Positions 20,714 to 31,269 are shown, counted from the stretch's first letter. The stretch is 64,000 bases of DNA from an uncultured bacterium (GCA_963736115.1 CAVTNR010000028.1:52492-116491); one strand, 5' to 3'. A program made the numbers and translations. Notes: generated from the letters alone by a model not told the origin.

Positions 20714-21952
20714 ATGCAGGCTCCCTCCGAATCCGTAACCGAACGAATTGATGCGCTTGAATCGGAATCCGTCTCTCTTCAACGCGTCCTGACCTCCATC
20801 CCTGCCGTCGCCCCGGAATCGGGGGGCGAAGGCGAGGAAATAAAGGCTGAATTCGTCCGAACGGTTCTACGGGCCCTGCCTTGCGACGAACTGATTGAAT
20901 CGCCCGCGCCGGACAACCGCGTTCCAGCCGGGATAAGGCCGAATCTCATTGCCACATTCCGCGGCTCCCGGACCGGCCGCACGGTCTGGATTCTCTCGCA
21001 CCTGGATGTGGTTCCGCCCGGCGCCCTCGCCCAGTGGGACGGAAATCCATTTCAGCTCTCGGTGCGGGACGGACGCTGTTACGGCCGGGGCGTCGAGGAT
21101 AATCACCAGGGCATCGTCTCCTCCCTTCTTTCGGTGCGGGCGCTTCTGGAACTGCGTCTCCAGCCCGTGTCGAACATCGGACTCGTCATCGTCTCGGACG
21201 AAGAGCTGGGTTCGGCCTACGGCCTGGGTCATGTGTTGAAGCGGCATCCCCGGCTTTTCCGGCCCGGAGACTGGATCGTGGTGCCGGACGCCGGGAATGC
21301 GGACGGGACCATGATCGAGGTGGCCGAAAAATCCATACTCTGGCTCCGCTTCCTCGTCCGGGGACGGCAATGCCACGGATCCGAGCCGAACCGGGGCGTC
21401 AACGCCCACCGGGCTTCCGCGAACCTGGTCGTCCGCATGGAAGAACTGCACCGGCTGTTCCCTTCCGCCGATCCGGTTTTTGAGCCGCCGATTTCGACTT
21501 TCGAGCCGACCCGGAAGGAGGAAAACGTTCCGAATATCAACACCATCCCCGGTTCGGACGTGGTGTTCTTCGACTGCCGCATCCTGCCTGAATACGAATT
21601 GAAGGAGGTCAAACGCGTGATCCGGCGGATCACGGACGGAATCGAGCGTGATTTCGGCGTCTCCGTTGAGATCACATTCCCGAATGATGCGCCCGCGCCT
21701 CCCGCGACTCCGGTCGACGCCCCCGTCGTGCTCGCCCTGAGCCGCGCGGTCCGCGAGGTGACGGGCCGGACCGCCCGGCCGACGGGCATCGGCGGAGGGA
21801 CGGTGGCATCCCTTTTCCGGCGGGCGGGCCTTCCGGCCGTCTGCTGGCAGACCATCGAGGATACGGCCCATATGCCGAACGAATCCTGCGTCATCGCCAA
21901 CATGCTCACGGACGCAAAGGTGTTCGCACGCCTCTTTCTCATGACCGAATGA
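20714..21952 (+). CDS. M20 family metallopeptidase (DapE/ArgE-like)
   Basis: SHLDVVP, GRGVEDN, DEE, GGGT and terminal AH zinc-ligand motifs. Confidence 0.9.
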   Translation: MQAPSESVTERIDALESESVSLQRVLTSIPAVAPESGGEGEEIKAEFVRTVLRALPCDELIESPAPDNRVPAGIRPNLIATFRGSRTGRTVWILSHLDVVPPGALAQWDGNPFQLSVRDGRCYGRGVEDNHQGIVSSLLSVRALLELRLQPVSNIGLVIVSDEELGSAYGLGHVLKRHPRLFRPGDWIVVPDAGNADGTMIEVAEKSILWLRFLVRGRQCHGSEPNRGVNAHRASANLVVRMEELHRLFPSADPVFEPPISTFEPTRKEENVPNINTIPGSDVVFFDCRILPEYELKEVKRVIRRITDGIERDFGVSVEITFPNDAPAPPATPVDAPVVLALSRAVREVTGRTARPTGIGGGTVASLFRRAGLPAVCWQTIEDTAHMPNESCVIANMLTDAKVFARLFLMTE

Positions 21953-22977
21953 CGGATCCGAACTGGCGCCGGCTCCTCGACGGACGCCTCGACTGGTCCC
22001 TGTTCCGGTCGCGTCATGCCATGGTACGTTTTCTCCGCGATGATTTCGACAACCGGGGATACCTGGAAACGGAAGCCCCCCTGCTTGTCCCCTGTCCCAC
22101 CCTCGATTCGAACATCCGATCCCTGACCGTGGAGGTCGCGTCCATCGACGGCCTTCGAAGACCGTTCTATCTGCACACCTCGCCCGAATATGCGATGAAA
22201 AAACTGCTGGCCGCCGGAGCGGAACGCCTCTATTTCCTGGGGAAAGTGTTCCGGGACGGTGAGACCACGGCCCTGCATAATCCGGAATTCACCATGCTTG
22301 AATGGTACCGGACGGGGGTCTCGATTCCGGACCTGCTGGACGAAACGGAGGATTTCATCCGCAGGCTCGCGGTGGAGATGACCGGATCGACGTCCGTGCC
22401 GTACGGGGGCCGGATCGTGGATATGTCTCCACCCTGGCCGCGCGTCCGCATGGCCGATCTTTTCCGCGCCTCCACCGGCGCGGATCTCGATCCCGAATCC
22501 GGCGCCGCCGGGCTCCGACGCGTGGCGTCCGACCTCGGCGTCTTCCATAATCCGGACGACGACTGGGAAACGATGTTCATGCGGATTTACATGGAAAAGA
22601 TGGAGCCGGGGCTCGGATTCGATAAACCGGTTTTCATCACCGATTACCCGTCCTGCCTGGCGATGAACGCTCGCCTGCGGGCGGACGACCCCCACTGGGC
22701 GGAGCGGTGCGAGCTGTTCATCGCCGGGCTGGAGCTGGCCAACGGCTATACGGAAATCACGGATCCGGCGGAACAGCAGCTGCGCTTCGAGTCAGACCTC
22801 AATAAAAAGCGGCTGGAAATCGGGCCAGAACCGCCGGTGGACCGTGAACTTTTGGAGGCCATGGAAGCGGGTCTCCCGCCATGCGCGGGAATGGCGCTGG
22901 GTGTGGATCGCCTGGTGATGCTCCTGCTGAACCGCCGGGACATCGCGGATGTGCTGATTTCCCCTTTTCCCCGATAA
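21949..22977 (+). CDS. epmA: EF-P lysine aminoacylase (LysRS paralog lacking the anticodon domain)
   Basis: YLHTSPEYAMKKLLAAG, HNPEFTMLEWYR, ELANGY, GMALGVDRL. Confidence 0.93.
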   Translation: MTDPNWRRLLDGRLDWSLFRSRHAMVRFLRDDFDNRGYLETEAPLLVPCPTLDSNIRSLTVEVASIDGLRRPFYLHTSPEYAMKKLLAAGAERLYFLGKVFRDGETTALHNPEFTMLEWYRTGVSIPDLLDETEDFIRRLAVEMTGSTSVPYGGRIVDMSPPWPRVRMADLFRASTGADLDPESGAAGLRRVASDLGVFHNPDDDWETMFMRIYMEKMEPGLGFDKPVFITDYPSCLAMNARLRADDPHWAERCELFIAGLELANGYTEITDPAEQQLRFESDLNKKRLEIGPEPPVDRELLEAMEAGLPPCAGMALGVDRLVMLLLNRRDIADVLISPFPR

Positions 22978-23111
22978 ACGCAGAACAGGGGCGTCGGACG
23001 GCCGACCGTCCCGCCTTTGCTTCTGAAAGGCTTCGTGGGCCGGCCCGTCCATCCGCCCCGTTCATCACATATTTATAACGAAAAAACGTTCAGCCCGATC
23101 CGTCCGCACTG

Positions 23112-23837
23112 CTAGATGAAGCGGTGCCGGATCACCGATGCGTACCGCCGGCTGATCACCAGGGGCTTGTCCATCCCCCGCAGATGCACGCGGAACGAAT
23201 AATTGAACCATTCCTCGATGCGTTCGACCTGATCCATCTGGATGATGGTGGACCGGTGGATACGGCAGAAAGCGTGCGCAGGCAGGCGCTGTTCCCACTC
23301 CCGGAGAGGTTTCGGAACAAGGCCCTTCTGTCCGTCCGTGGTGACCACTTCAGAATAATCCCCGGCGGAATGGATGCAGAGGATACTTCCCACTCGTAAA
23401 AATCTCAGGCGATTGTCGACCGAAAGAAACAGGCGATCCTCGGTCGACCATACTGCGGCCGGTTCGACGCCGGGCGGATCCGTCCGCTCCAGTCGGTCGA
23501 CAGCCCGCGTCAGCCGCTCCGGATTCACGGGCTTGAGCAGGTAATCCAGGGCGTTCACTTCGAACGCCCGGATCGCGTATTCGTCGAATGCCGTGACGAA
23601 CACGATTCTCCCCTGGTAATCGCACTGGTCCAGAAGATCGAAACCGGACTGCCCCGGCATCTGGATGTCCAGGAAGACCAGATCCGGATTCAACCGCTCG
23701 ATCGCCTCCAGGGCGGAAGGAACGTCCTGGGCTTCGCCCACCACCCGGACGTCCCGGTGCGACGCCAGAAGCGATATCAGGTCCTTCCGGGCGAGCCTTT
23801 CGTCATCCACCACCAGCGCTTTGGCCGTTTTCTTCAT
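23112..23837 (-). CDS. LytTR-family response regulator
   Basis: LVFLDIQMP, FVTAFDEYA, DYLLKP receiver plus FCRIHRS...ISRRY LytTR domain. Confidence 0.93.
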   Translation of the reverse strand: MKKTAKALVVDDERLARKDLISLLASHRDVRVVGEAQDVPSALEAIERLNPDLVFLDIQMPGQSGFDLLDQCDYQGRIVFVTAFDEYAIRAFEVNALDYLLKPVNPERLTRAVDRLERTDPPGVEPAAVWSTEDRLFLSVDNRLRFLRVGSILCIHSAGDYSEVVTTDGQKGLVPKPLREWEQRLPAHAFCRIHRSTIIQMDQVERIEEWFNYSFRVHLRGMDKPLVISRRYASVIRHRFI

Positions 23838-24924
23838 GTCGGTCATCCATCCCTTTATACAGTTCGACCCGCAATCGCGCTCCATCGTCGTCGCAGTCGA
23901 AACCGATCCGGTGCCGGCCGGGATAGGTGGTTTCGAGCATGCGGCGCACCCAGCGCACCTTCGCCTCCCCATTGTCCGCCTGCGGCGGCGCCCCGTTCCC
24001 CGCCCACCTTCCGGATTGCCGCACGGTCACCTGCAGGCCCTCGCCGGCCATTTGCGCCGAAACGGTTAGACGCAGGGGGAGCGTGCACGAAGTCATGCCC
24101 TGCCGGAGCGCGCTCTCGACAAGCGGATTCAGAAAAAACACCGGAACCGGGTAGTCAGCGGCCGCCGGATCCAGGTCCACAGCCGATACAAGTTTGTCCT
24201 CGTATCGCGCGGCCTCGATGGAGAGATAGCGTCGGACGGCGTCGACTTCGCGTGACAGCGTCACCGTGCCCGATCCGCCTCCTTCGAGCGAATGCCGGAG
24301 TAACTCTGAAAGATCGGTGACAAGGCGCTTTGCCTTCCGCCTGTCCTCTCCGATCAACGCCCGTATCGCGTTCAACGCATTGAAAAGAAAATGCGGGTTC
24401 ATCTGATAGCAGAGTGTCTGAAACTGGTGCGCCTGGAACGATTTCAAGGCCTCTTCGGCCTGCTTCCGTTCCTGGTTCCAGTCGGACCAGAGTTTGAGGG
24501 TCACGTACAGGGCGCTCCAGATCACGAATAAGACAAAGTCCATGAACATCGGATACAGAAAACGGATCGGTGGCCCCTGACGGACCCAGGCGGCAAAGGC
24601 TTCCGGACCCTCGACGATCGAGAGGGAGATGAAACGGACAGACCAGAACCACAGGGCGGCGGCCGCCGCGGATGCCGGGAGGATGAGAATTGAAAGCCGG
24701 ACGAGGGAGGTCCGCCTGACGTCGATTCTCCGGACCCAGAGACGGTAGGCGGACGAGATCAGGAAACCCAGCGCCATGGCGAGCGTCATCCGGACCAGGT
24801 TCGAGCTCTTGCCCCCGCGGAAGAGCAGCATGTGAAAGGCGTACACCGCGAAGTACAGAGACCAGCCGAAAGCCTGAAGGCTCCAGAAACCCGGAAGCGA
24901 GGCGCGTTTCGGAAGGACGCTCAT
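23803..24924 (-). CDS. LytS/YehU-like membrane sensor with degenerate ATPase domain
   Basis: About 4 TMs and H-box QMNPHFLFNALN; N-box reads LVESA and no G-box is visible. Confidence 0.82.
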   Translation of the reverse strand: MSVLPKRASLPGFWSLQAFGWSLYFAVYAFHMLLFRGGKSSNLVRMTLAMALGFLISSAYRLWVRRIDVRRTSLVRLSILILPASAAAAALWFWSVRFISLSIVEGPEAFAAWVRQGPPIRFLYPMFMDFVLFVIWSALYVTLKLWSDWNQERKQAEEALKSFQAHQFQTLCYQMNPHFLFNALNAIRALIGEDRRKAKRLVTDLSELLRHSLEGGGSGTVTLSREVDAVRRYLSIEAARYEDKLVSAVDLDPAAADYPVPVFFLNPLVESALRQGMTSCTLPLRLTVSAQMAGEGLQVTVRQSGRWAGNGAPPQADNGEAKVRWVRRMLETTYPGRHRIGFDCDDDGARLRVELYKGMDDRHEENGQSAGGG

Positions 24925-26099
24925 ACGACGGCCTCCGGCGCGCGATCCTGCGGCCGGCCGGACCAGAGATCGATCCGGATACGGACGCCTTCGCTCTCGG
25001 GGTCGATACGGAATCCGTGACAGCCGGGGAACAGCGCCTGCAGTCTCTGGCGGACGTTGGACAGACCCGTGCCGGTTCCACTTCCGATTCCGGAGCCCGG
25101 GACGATCCACCGGCCGGTGTTGTAGACTTCGATCGACAGCCGGTCGTCTTCCGTCATCGCGGAAACCCGGATGCGCAGGGGCATCCGGCTTGTCTTCATG
25201 CCGTACTTCACCGCGTTTTCCACAAGCGGATGCACCAGGAAGGGGATGACGGGGTATCCTTCCGCCCTGGGGTCCGAGAGGAATTCGACCTCGAGTTTAT
25301 CTTCGTACCTTTTCTTCTCGACGGCGAAATAGTGCCGGAGCGCCTCCAGTTCGTCCGCCAGCGGGATGTCGGACGCGTTTTTCGTGATGAGGGAATACCT
25401 CAGGAATTCCGCCAGTTCGGTCACCATGTCGCGGGCATGTTCCCCGTTCTCGTCAATCAGCGCGCGCACGGAATTCAGCGCATTGAACAGGAAATGCGGA
25501 TTGAGCTGTGTCCGGAGCATCTGGATCTGGGATTGATGGGCAAGCGATCCGATCCGCGCCGTCTTCTCCTGCTCATGGAAGAAGGCAAACCAGAAACAGA
25601 GGACGAAATACAGAACACTCCATCCGGCCAGCAGGAGCTCATAGTAGAAAAGGTAGGTGAGATAATTGGCCCAGGTGACCGATGCCGCCTTGTCCCCGGG
25701 TTCCCTGATGAAGACGTCCAGGAGAAGATCGATGCCGTACCAGTAATTCGCCGCGAGAAAAGTGACGGCCAGCACGAGAATGAGGACGGAACCCGGCCGG
25801 ACGGTTTCGATCCGGACCCGGCAGTAGACCCATCGCATCCAGAACCCGGCTGAGAAACCGACGCAGGCGATGAGCGTGCACCAGAAGAGGATCCTGGGCT
25901 GCCATCCGGCGGCCGAGGCATGGGCCAGGCTCAGAAAAACCAGATAGAAGAGCCAGTATGCCGGATTCAGTATCCAGAAAAACCGGTCCTTCTTCCGCAC
26001 CCGGTTGAACAGGGTGGAGAAGGCCGGGCCGATGCGGCCTTCCGGTCCGGCCTTTCCGGCCGTCCGGGAACCGATTCGCTTTTTATCCGATGCCGTCAT
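24921..26099 (-). CDS. LytS/YehU-like sensor histidine kinase
   Basis: About 4 TMs, QLNPHFLFNALN, LVENAVKYG, GTGTGLSNVRQRL. Confidence 0.9.
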   Translation of the reverse strand: MTASDKKRIGSRTAGKAGPEGRIGPAFSTLFNRVRKKDRFFWILNPAYWLFYLVFLSLAHASAAGWQPRILFWCTLIACVGFSAGFWMRWVYCRVRIETVRPGSVLILVLAVTFLAANYWYGIDLLLDVFIREPGDKAASVTWANYLTYLFYYELLLAGWSVLYFVLCFWFAFFHEQEKTARIGSLAHQSQIQMLRTQLNPHFLFNALNSVRALIDENGEHARDMVTELAEFLRYSLITKNASDIPLADELEALRHYFAVEKKRYEDKLEVEFLSDPRAEGYPVIPFLVHPLVENAVKYGMKTSRMPLRIRVSAMTEDDRLSIEVYNTGRWIVPGSGIGSGTGTGLSNVRQRLQALFPGCHGFRIDPESEGVRIRIDLWSGRPQDRAPEAVV

Positions 26100-26382
26100 C
26101 CTGTATAAGTGTACGTTAAATCCTGAAAAAGTGCCAAAAAATTCGGTTCGGCGGCGTCATTATTCTGCGAACGGTTCCGGAAACCGCCGAACGGCTTCGC
26201 CTTTTTGATCCTTCGTTCCTCCGCACGTTCAACCCCGCCCCCTTTCCCCCGTTTCAGCGACCGCCCGGATCCCGGAGCGTCCGCTCGCCGATTTCCCGTT
26301 TGGATTGGCCCCGCCGTTTGATATTCTATTCCCGAATATTCCACGGTGTCACGGTCTCAACCCCTTCGGGAAGGAGGAATGG

Positions 26383-29300
26383 ATGAAACGGAAGTGGATG
26401 GCACTCATCGCTCTCTGGATCTGGTCGGCGGGAACCGCAGCTTTCGGCCAGGAAGACGCAACGCTGTCCGGCCGGGTCACGGACGAGAACGGCCGCCCGC
26501 TGGTCGCCGCGAATGTCATGATCCGTTCGCTGCGGCTCGGCGCGGTCACGGACGTGGAGGGCTATTACCGGTTCGAGGTTCCGGGTTCGATCGGCAAGGC
26601 CGAAACCGCGGAGCTGGAGGTCAGCTATATCGGTTATAAAAAGTCGACTGCGCGGATCGATCTCGGTGAAACCCGCACGATCGTGCGGAATTTCACGCTC
26701 GTCTCGGACGTCCTGAAAATGGACGAGGTCGTGATCACGGGATTCGGCGTCGGGGTCGAGAAGGAGAAACTCGGCGTGACCATCGCGAAAGTCGGGGGAA
26801 GCGATGTGGTCAACAGCGACGAGGGTAATGTGGTGAGCGCGCTGCACGGCAAGGTGGCAAACGTTGAAGTCACCTCCCAGAGCGGGGAGCCCGGCGCCGC
26901 CTCCTACATCCGGATCCGTGGGGCGAATTCCATCACCGGCGGAACCCAGCCCCTGTTCGTCGTGGACGGATCGCCGGTCAGCAATGAATCTGTTTTCAGC
27001 GACAACACGCTGGGGCATGACGGCGTTTCGGAGAGCAACCGCGCTTCGGATCTCAATCCCGAGGACATCGAGTCCATCGAGATCCTCAAGGGCCCGGCGG
27101 CCTCGGCGATCTACGGGTCCCGCGCCGCGAACGGAGTCGTGATGGTGCAGACCAAGAAGGGCAAGGCGGGACGCGCCCGGCTCTCGTACAAGATGAGCTA
27201 TTCCTGGGACAAGGTCAATCGCACACAGCCGCTCCAGTCGGCCTGGGGCCAGGGCGTCGACGGACTGGCGGACCCGACGTCCCCATGGAGCTGGGGTCCG
27301 AAGCTGGATGCCGGTGTCCCCGTCTACGACCATGAGACGGATCTGTTCGAGACCGGTCACGTATTCGAGAACAATGTATCGGTTTCGGGCGGAAACGAGA
27401 GAACCGCGTATTACCTGTCCCTGGGCCGCTACGACCACGACGGCTATATCAAGGGGAATTCGGGTTACCGCCGGTACGCGGCGCGACTGAACGCGTCTCA
27501 GTTCATCAATGATCATCTGCGGTTGTCCGGCAACTTCAGTTTCAGCGACGCGAACGCGGACCGGATCCAGAGGGGATCCAACGTCAGCGGCCTCCTGCTC
27601 GGCGCGTGGCGGACGCCCCCGGATTTCGACAACAGCCGATATCTGTCGGCCGAAGGGTACCACCGTTCCTACCGGCTGCAGAATCCGGTTTCGGAGAATG
27701 GCACGCGGGGCTACGACAATCCCTTCTTCATCGTAAACCGGCAGATCAACGCATCGAAAGTGGGCCGCGCGTTCGGAAACATCAAACTCGATTACGATCC
27801 CGTCCGTTGGATCCACCTGAACTACACTCTGGGAAACGATTTTTCGAGCGACGAGCGTCGGACGCTCTTCCCCAAGGGAAGTTCGTCGTATCCGGACGGA
27901 CGCATCGCGCGCGAAATATTCAACATTCAGGAAACCGACGGCCATTTCACGGCCGAGGCCACCCGGAATTTCAGCCCCGCGGACATGCGGCTGAACGTTC
28001 TGCTCGGGCACCAGTGGAACCAGAGGCGGTTCGAGCAGTTTTCCGTGTTCGGCGAACAGATCGGCGCGTCCGGATTCGACCAGCTGGACAACGTATCCAC
28101 GTCTCTCCCGAACGAGTACCAGGAACTGGTCCGTGACGAGTCCTTCTTCGGCGTGACCTCCGTCGACCTGTTCAAGCAGCTTTACCTGTCGGCGGGTCTC
28201 CGGAACGACGGATCCTCGACGTTCGGACGCAGTAAAAAGCGGCACTGGTATCCCAAGGGAAGCGCGGCCTGGGAATTCACCAACCTGGGGATGTTTCAAA
28301 AAACCGAATCGCCCCTGGACTTCGGGAAAATCCGGTTCGCGTACGGCGAGGCCGGGCAGCAGCCCGATCCATACCTCACCATCACCGCCTATTCCACGGA
28401 CATCTACACGGACAGCTGGATCCAGCCGAACGGCGGGCTGACGCCTTTCGCCTACGGATTCCCCGGCTTCCATAGCACTTTCATCCGCGGAAACGACGAC
28501 ATCCTTCCGCAGCGATCCAAGGAATGGGAATCCGGAATCGACCTGGGCTTTTTCGGCGGCCGTCTCGGGCTCGGCGCCACGGTCTACGACAACCGGACGG
28601 AGGATGTCATCTATCAATTTCCCGTCGCCACCTCCACCGGCTTTCTGCAACAGTTGAAGAACGGCGGACTGATCTCGAACAAGGGACTCGAACTTAATCT
28701 CGACGTCCGGCCCGTCTCTACCGCGAATTTCCAGTGGGACCTCGGCCTGGTCTGGGCGAAGAATAAAAACCGCGTCGAGCGTCTGGACGGCGCCGATTTT
28801 ATATTCATCCAGGGATTCGAGACATCCTGCTACGCCCAGGAAGGGTACGCCATGAGCATCTTCCGTGGAGCCGATTTTGTCCGATTCGGACGCGGATGCA
28901 CGGTACCGGATGCGTCCGGCAATGCGGTCTCGATCGACGACGCTTTCACGGGATGGAAGAATGGCGACCTGTACGTCGCCGAGGACGGATTCCCGGTCCA
29001 GGATCCGGAAGACCGGGTGATCGGAGATCCCAACCCGGACTGGACCGGAAGCATCCGGAACAGCTTCCGGCTGTTCAACAAACTCACCGTTTCGGCCCTG
29101 GTCGACATCAAGCGGGGGGGCGACGTGTACAACGGGACCAAGGGCGCCCTGGTATACTTCGGAACCCATGAGAGCACCGACATCGAGAATCCGGACCTTC
29201 AGGGGAACCTCGCCCGCGGGAAACAGCACGTCTTTGAGGGCGTTGGGCCCGGAGCCGGGACCGCGGTCTTCCTGGACCAGGACACCTGGTACGCTTTCGG

Positions 29301-29592
29301 TCTCGGCAATTCGTTCAACGGTCCGGACGCGCAGTTCGTCGAGGACGGAAGCTTTGTGAAACTCCGCGAGGTCGCCGTCTCCTACAACCTGCGACATCCG
29401 GCCCTCACCCGCTGGACCGGCCTTTCGGACATCGATATCCGTCTCAGCGGGCGCAACCTGGTCACCTGGACGAAATACACGGGAATCGACCCGGAAACCA
29501 ACATCTCGGGCAACGAGAACTGGCGCGGTCTGGATTATTTCAACAATCCGCAGACGCGGTCCTACATGTGCACGCTGCGTCTTAACTATTGA
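26383..29592 (+). CDS. SusC/RagA-family TonB-dependent receptor
   Basis: Signal peptide, IRIRGANSI...PLFVVDG, DIESIEILKGPAASAIYGSRAANGV, terminal Y; AAGGAGG RBS. Confidence 0.96.
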   Translation: MKRKWMALIALWIWSAGTAAFGQEDATLSGRVTDENGRPLVAANVMIRSLRLGAVTDVEGYYRFEVPGSIGKAETAELEVSYIGYKKSTARIDLGETRTIVRNFTLVSDVLKMDEVVITGFGVGVEKEKLGVTIAKVGGSDVVNSDEGNVVSALHGKVANVEVTSQSGEPGAASYIRIRGANSITGGTQPLFVVDGSPVSNESVFSDNTLGHDGVSESNRASDLNPEDIESIEILKGPAASAIYGSRAANGVVMVQTKKGKAGRARLSYKMSYSWDKVNRTQPLQSAWGQGVDGLADPTSPWSWGPKLDAGVPVYDHETDLFETGHVFENNVSVSGGNERTAYYLSLGRYDHDGYIKGNSGYRRYAARLNASQFINDHLRLSGNFSFSDANADRIQRGSNVSGLLLGAWRTPPDFDNSRYLSAEGYHRSYRLQNPVSENGTRGYDNPFFIVNRQINASKVGRAFGNIKLDYDPVRWIHLNYTLGNDFSSDERRTLFPKGSSSYPDGRIAREIFNIQETDGHFTAEATRNFSPADMRLNVLLGHQWNQRRFEQFSVFGEQIGASGFDQLDNVSTSLPNEYQELVRDESFFGVTSVDLFKQLYLSAGLRNDGSSTFGRSKKRHWYPKGSAAWEFTNLGMFQKTESPLDFGKIRFAYGEAGQQPDPYLTITAYSTDIYTDSWIQPNGGLTPFAYGFPGFHSTFIRGNDDILPQRSKEWESGIDLGFFGGRLGLGATVYDNRTEDVIYQFPVATSTGFLQQLKNGGLISNKGLELNLDVRPVSTANFQWDLGLVWAKNKNRVERLDGADFIFIQGFETSCYAQEGYAMSIFRGADFVRFGRGCTVPDASGNAVSIDDAFTGWKNGDLYVAEDGFPVQDPEDRVIGDPNPDWTGSIRNSFRLFNKLTVSALVDIKRGGDVYNGTKGALVYFGTHESTDIENPDLQGNLARGKQHVFEGVGPGAGTAVFLDQDTWYAFGLGNSFNGPDAQFVEDGSFVKLREVAVSYNLRHPALTRWTGLSDIDIRLSGRNLVTWTKYTGIDPETNISGNENWRGLDYFNNPQTRSYMCTLRLNY

Positions 29593-29626
29593 TCCGGCGC
29601 TTCAATCCAAAAATGAGGGACGACCC

Positions 29627-31006
29627 ATGAAAAATTTCCGATGGATGGCGCCTCTGGCGCTCGTTCTGCTGGCCGGCTGTTCGAAGGATTTCCTGGAAGG
29701 GCCCGAGGTTCAGAAAGATCCGAACCGGGCCGTCGATGTCACCGTCGACCAGCTGTTCAACGCCGTTCAGGTCAAAACGTACTTCCTGCAGGAGGGATCC
29801 CTGTCCCGTACGCTCGGAATCTGGATGCAGTCCCTGGCCGGAACCGACCGGCAGACGGGATCGCTTTCGGAATACGAAGTCGTGGAAACCGATCATGCGG
29901 ATGAGATGGAGGAGGTTTTCATTCAGGGCGGCCTGGTGGACATCAAGGAACTCCGCGCCAGGACGGAGGCCGCGGGGAACCGGGTCTATGCCGGAATCGC
30001 CAAATTCCACGAGGCGTTCAACATCGGAATGGCCGCGAGCATCTGGGGTGATTTCCCCTATTCGGAGGCCTGTTCCAGGGTGGCCACGCCGAAGCTGGAC
30101 AGCCAGAACGACATCTATGCTGCGCTCCAGGCGCTTCTGGACGAGGCTATCGCCGATCTGGAAAGTGGCGAACGCGGGACTTCCCTCGCCTCCAGTCCGG
30201 TCAATGACGTGAATTACGGCGGGGACGCGCAGAAATGGGCCGCGGCCTGCCGGTCGCTGAAAGCGAGACTGTACATGCACTGGGCCGAAACGGATCCGGC
30301 CAATTACGATCGGGCCGCGGAACAGGCGGCCCGGGGCATCGTTTCGCCGGCCGATAACTTCCAGGCAAAGCATACGGCCAGCCTGAACGAGGAGTTCGGC
30401 TATTACACCTACCAGAACCAGCGGGACTCGTACATCCGGGCGGGCAAGCACATGGTGGACCTGCTGAAGGCGAAAAACGATCCCCGCCTGGCTCTCTATT
30501 TCGATCCCGACGCCGACGGGCAGTATACGGGCGCTGCTGCCGGGGAACGGAACGTGGGCGCATCGATGCTGAGCACCGCCGTTTTTCTCAATCCGGCCCA
30601 TTCATTCGATCTGCTGTCCTGGGAGGAAACCCGGTTGATTCAGGCGGAATGCGCCTTCCGCTCAGGCGACGAGACCGGCGCCTCGGCCCTCCTGAATGAA
30701 GTCCGGCGTGGCATCGAAACCCGCTGGTCCTTCGATGCCGGATCCCTGGGCGACGCATCCGGGCTGACGGGCGACGCCCTGTTCGACGCGGTAATGCATG
30801 AAAAGTATATCGCCCTGTTCCTGAACATCGAGGTCTATAACGACTGGAAACGGACGGCCCGTCCGGTTCTGGCCCCGTTCGGCGGCGGGGATCCGGTTGC
30901 GCGGATTCCGCACCGCCTCTACTACAGCAACGACGAGCGGAACGCCAATCCGAACATACCGGTTCCTTCCAGCCAGCCGCTCCGCAACGAAAACGATCCT
31001 TTCTGA
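29627..31006 (+). CDS. SusD/RagB-family lipoprotein
   Basis: Lipobox LAGC, WGDFPYSEA, EKYIALF...EVYNDWKRT; directly after susC. Confidence 0.93.
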   Translation: MKNFRWMAPLALVLLAGCSKDFLEGPEVQKDPNRAVDVTVDQLFNAVQVKTYFLQEGSLSRTLGIWMQSLAGTDRQTGSLSEYEVVETDHADEMEEVFIQGGLVDIKELRARTEAAGNRVYAGIAKFHEAFNIGMAASIWGDFPYSEACSRVATPKLDSQNDIYAALQALLDEAIADLESGERGTSLASSPVNDVNYGGDAQKWAAACRSLKARLYMHWAETDPANYDRAAEQAARGIVSPADNFQAKHTASLNEEFGYYTYQNQRDSYIRAGKHMVDLLKAKNDPRLALYFDPDADGQYTGAAAGERNVGASMLSTAVFLNPAHSFDLLSWEETRLIQAECAFRSGDETGASALLNEVRRGIETRWSFDAGSLGDASGLTGDALFDAVMHEKYIALFLNIEVYNDWKRTARPVLAPFGGGDPVARIPHRLYYSNDERNANPNIPVPSSQPLRNENDPF

Positions 31007-31057
31007 GGGAGGGAGTCCGCCTTCGGGCGGAAATCGCTTCTTCCTTGCCTCTTCTGC

Positions 31058-31087
31058 GGAAAAGCCCCGGCCGAGCGGGGCTTTTCC
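31058..31087 (+). terminator. Terminator-like hairpin after susD
   Basis: GGAAAAGCCCCG-gccgag-CGGGGCTTTTCC. Confidence 0.65.
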
Positions 31088-31126
31088 GTTTCCGTTCCGA
31101 GCCGCTACCGGACGGTTCCAGAAAAT

Positions 31127-31153
31127 AAAAAAAGCCCTCTCTCGAGGGCTTTT
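31127..31153 (-). terminator. Intrinsic terminator after tRNA-Arg(CCG)
   Basis: AAAAGCCCTC stem followed by a T7 run on the minus strand. Confidence 0.75.
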
Positions 31154-31154
31154 G

Positions 31155-31228
<74 letters not shown>

Positions 31229-31240
31229 GCAACGGACCGT

Positions 31241-31269
31241 ATTATAACACAAATTAACCGCTTTGTCAA
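31241..31269 (-). promoter_or_regulatory. Consensus sigma70 promoter of tRNA-Arg(CCG)
   Basis: TTGACA-17 nt-TATAAT with TG extension, ending 12 nt before the tRNA. Confidence 0.85.

Noticed and set aside
20425-20715. 96-aa minus-strand ORF (and 30662-31252)
   Set aside because: These are translations through tRNA genes.
26326-29397. 1023-aa antisense ORF opposite susC (similar ones at 10891-12723, 32073-33905 and 39546-41174)
   Set aside because: Shadow ORFs expected from GC-rich codon usage of the real genes; no recognisable motifs.
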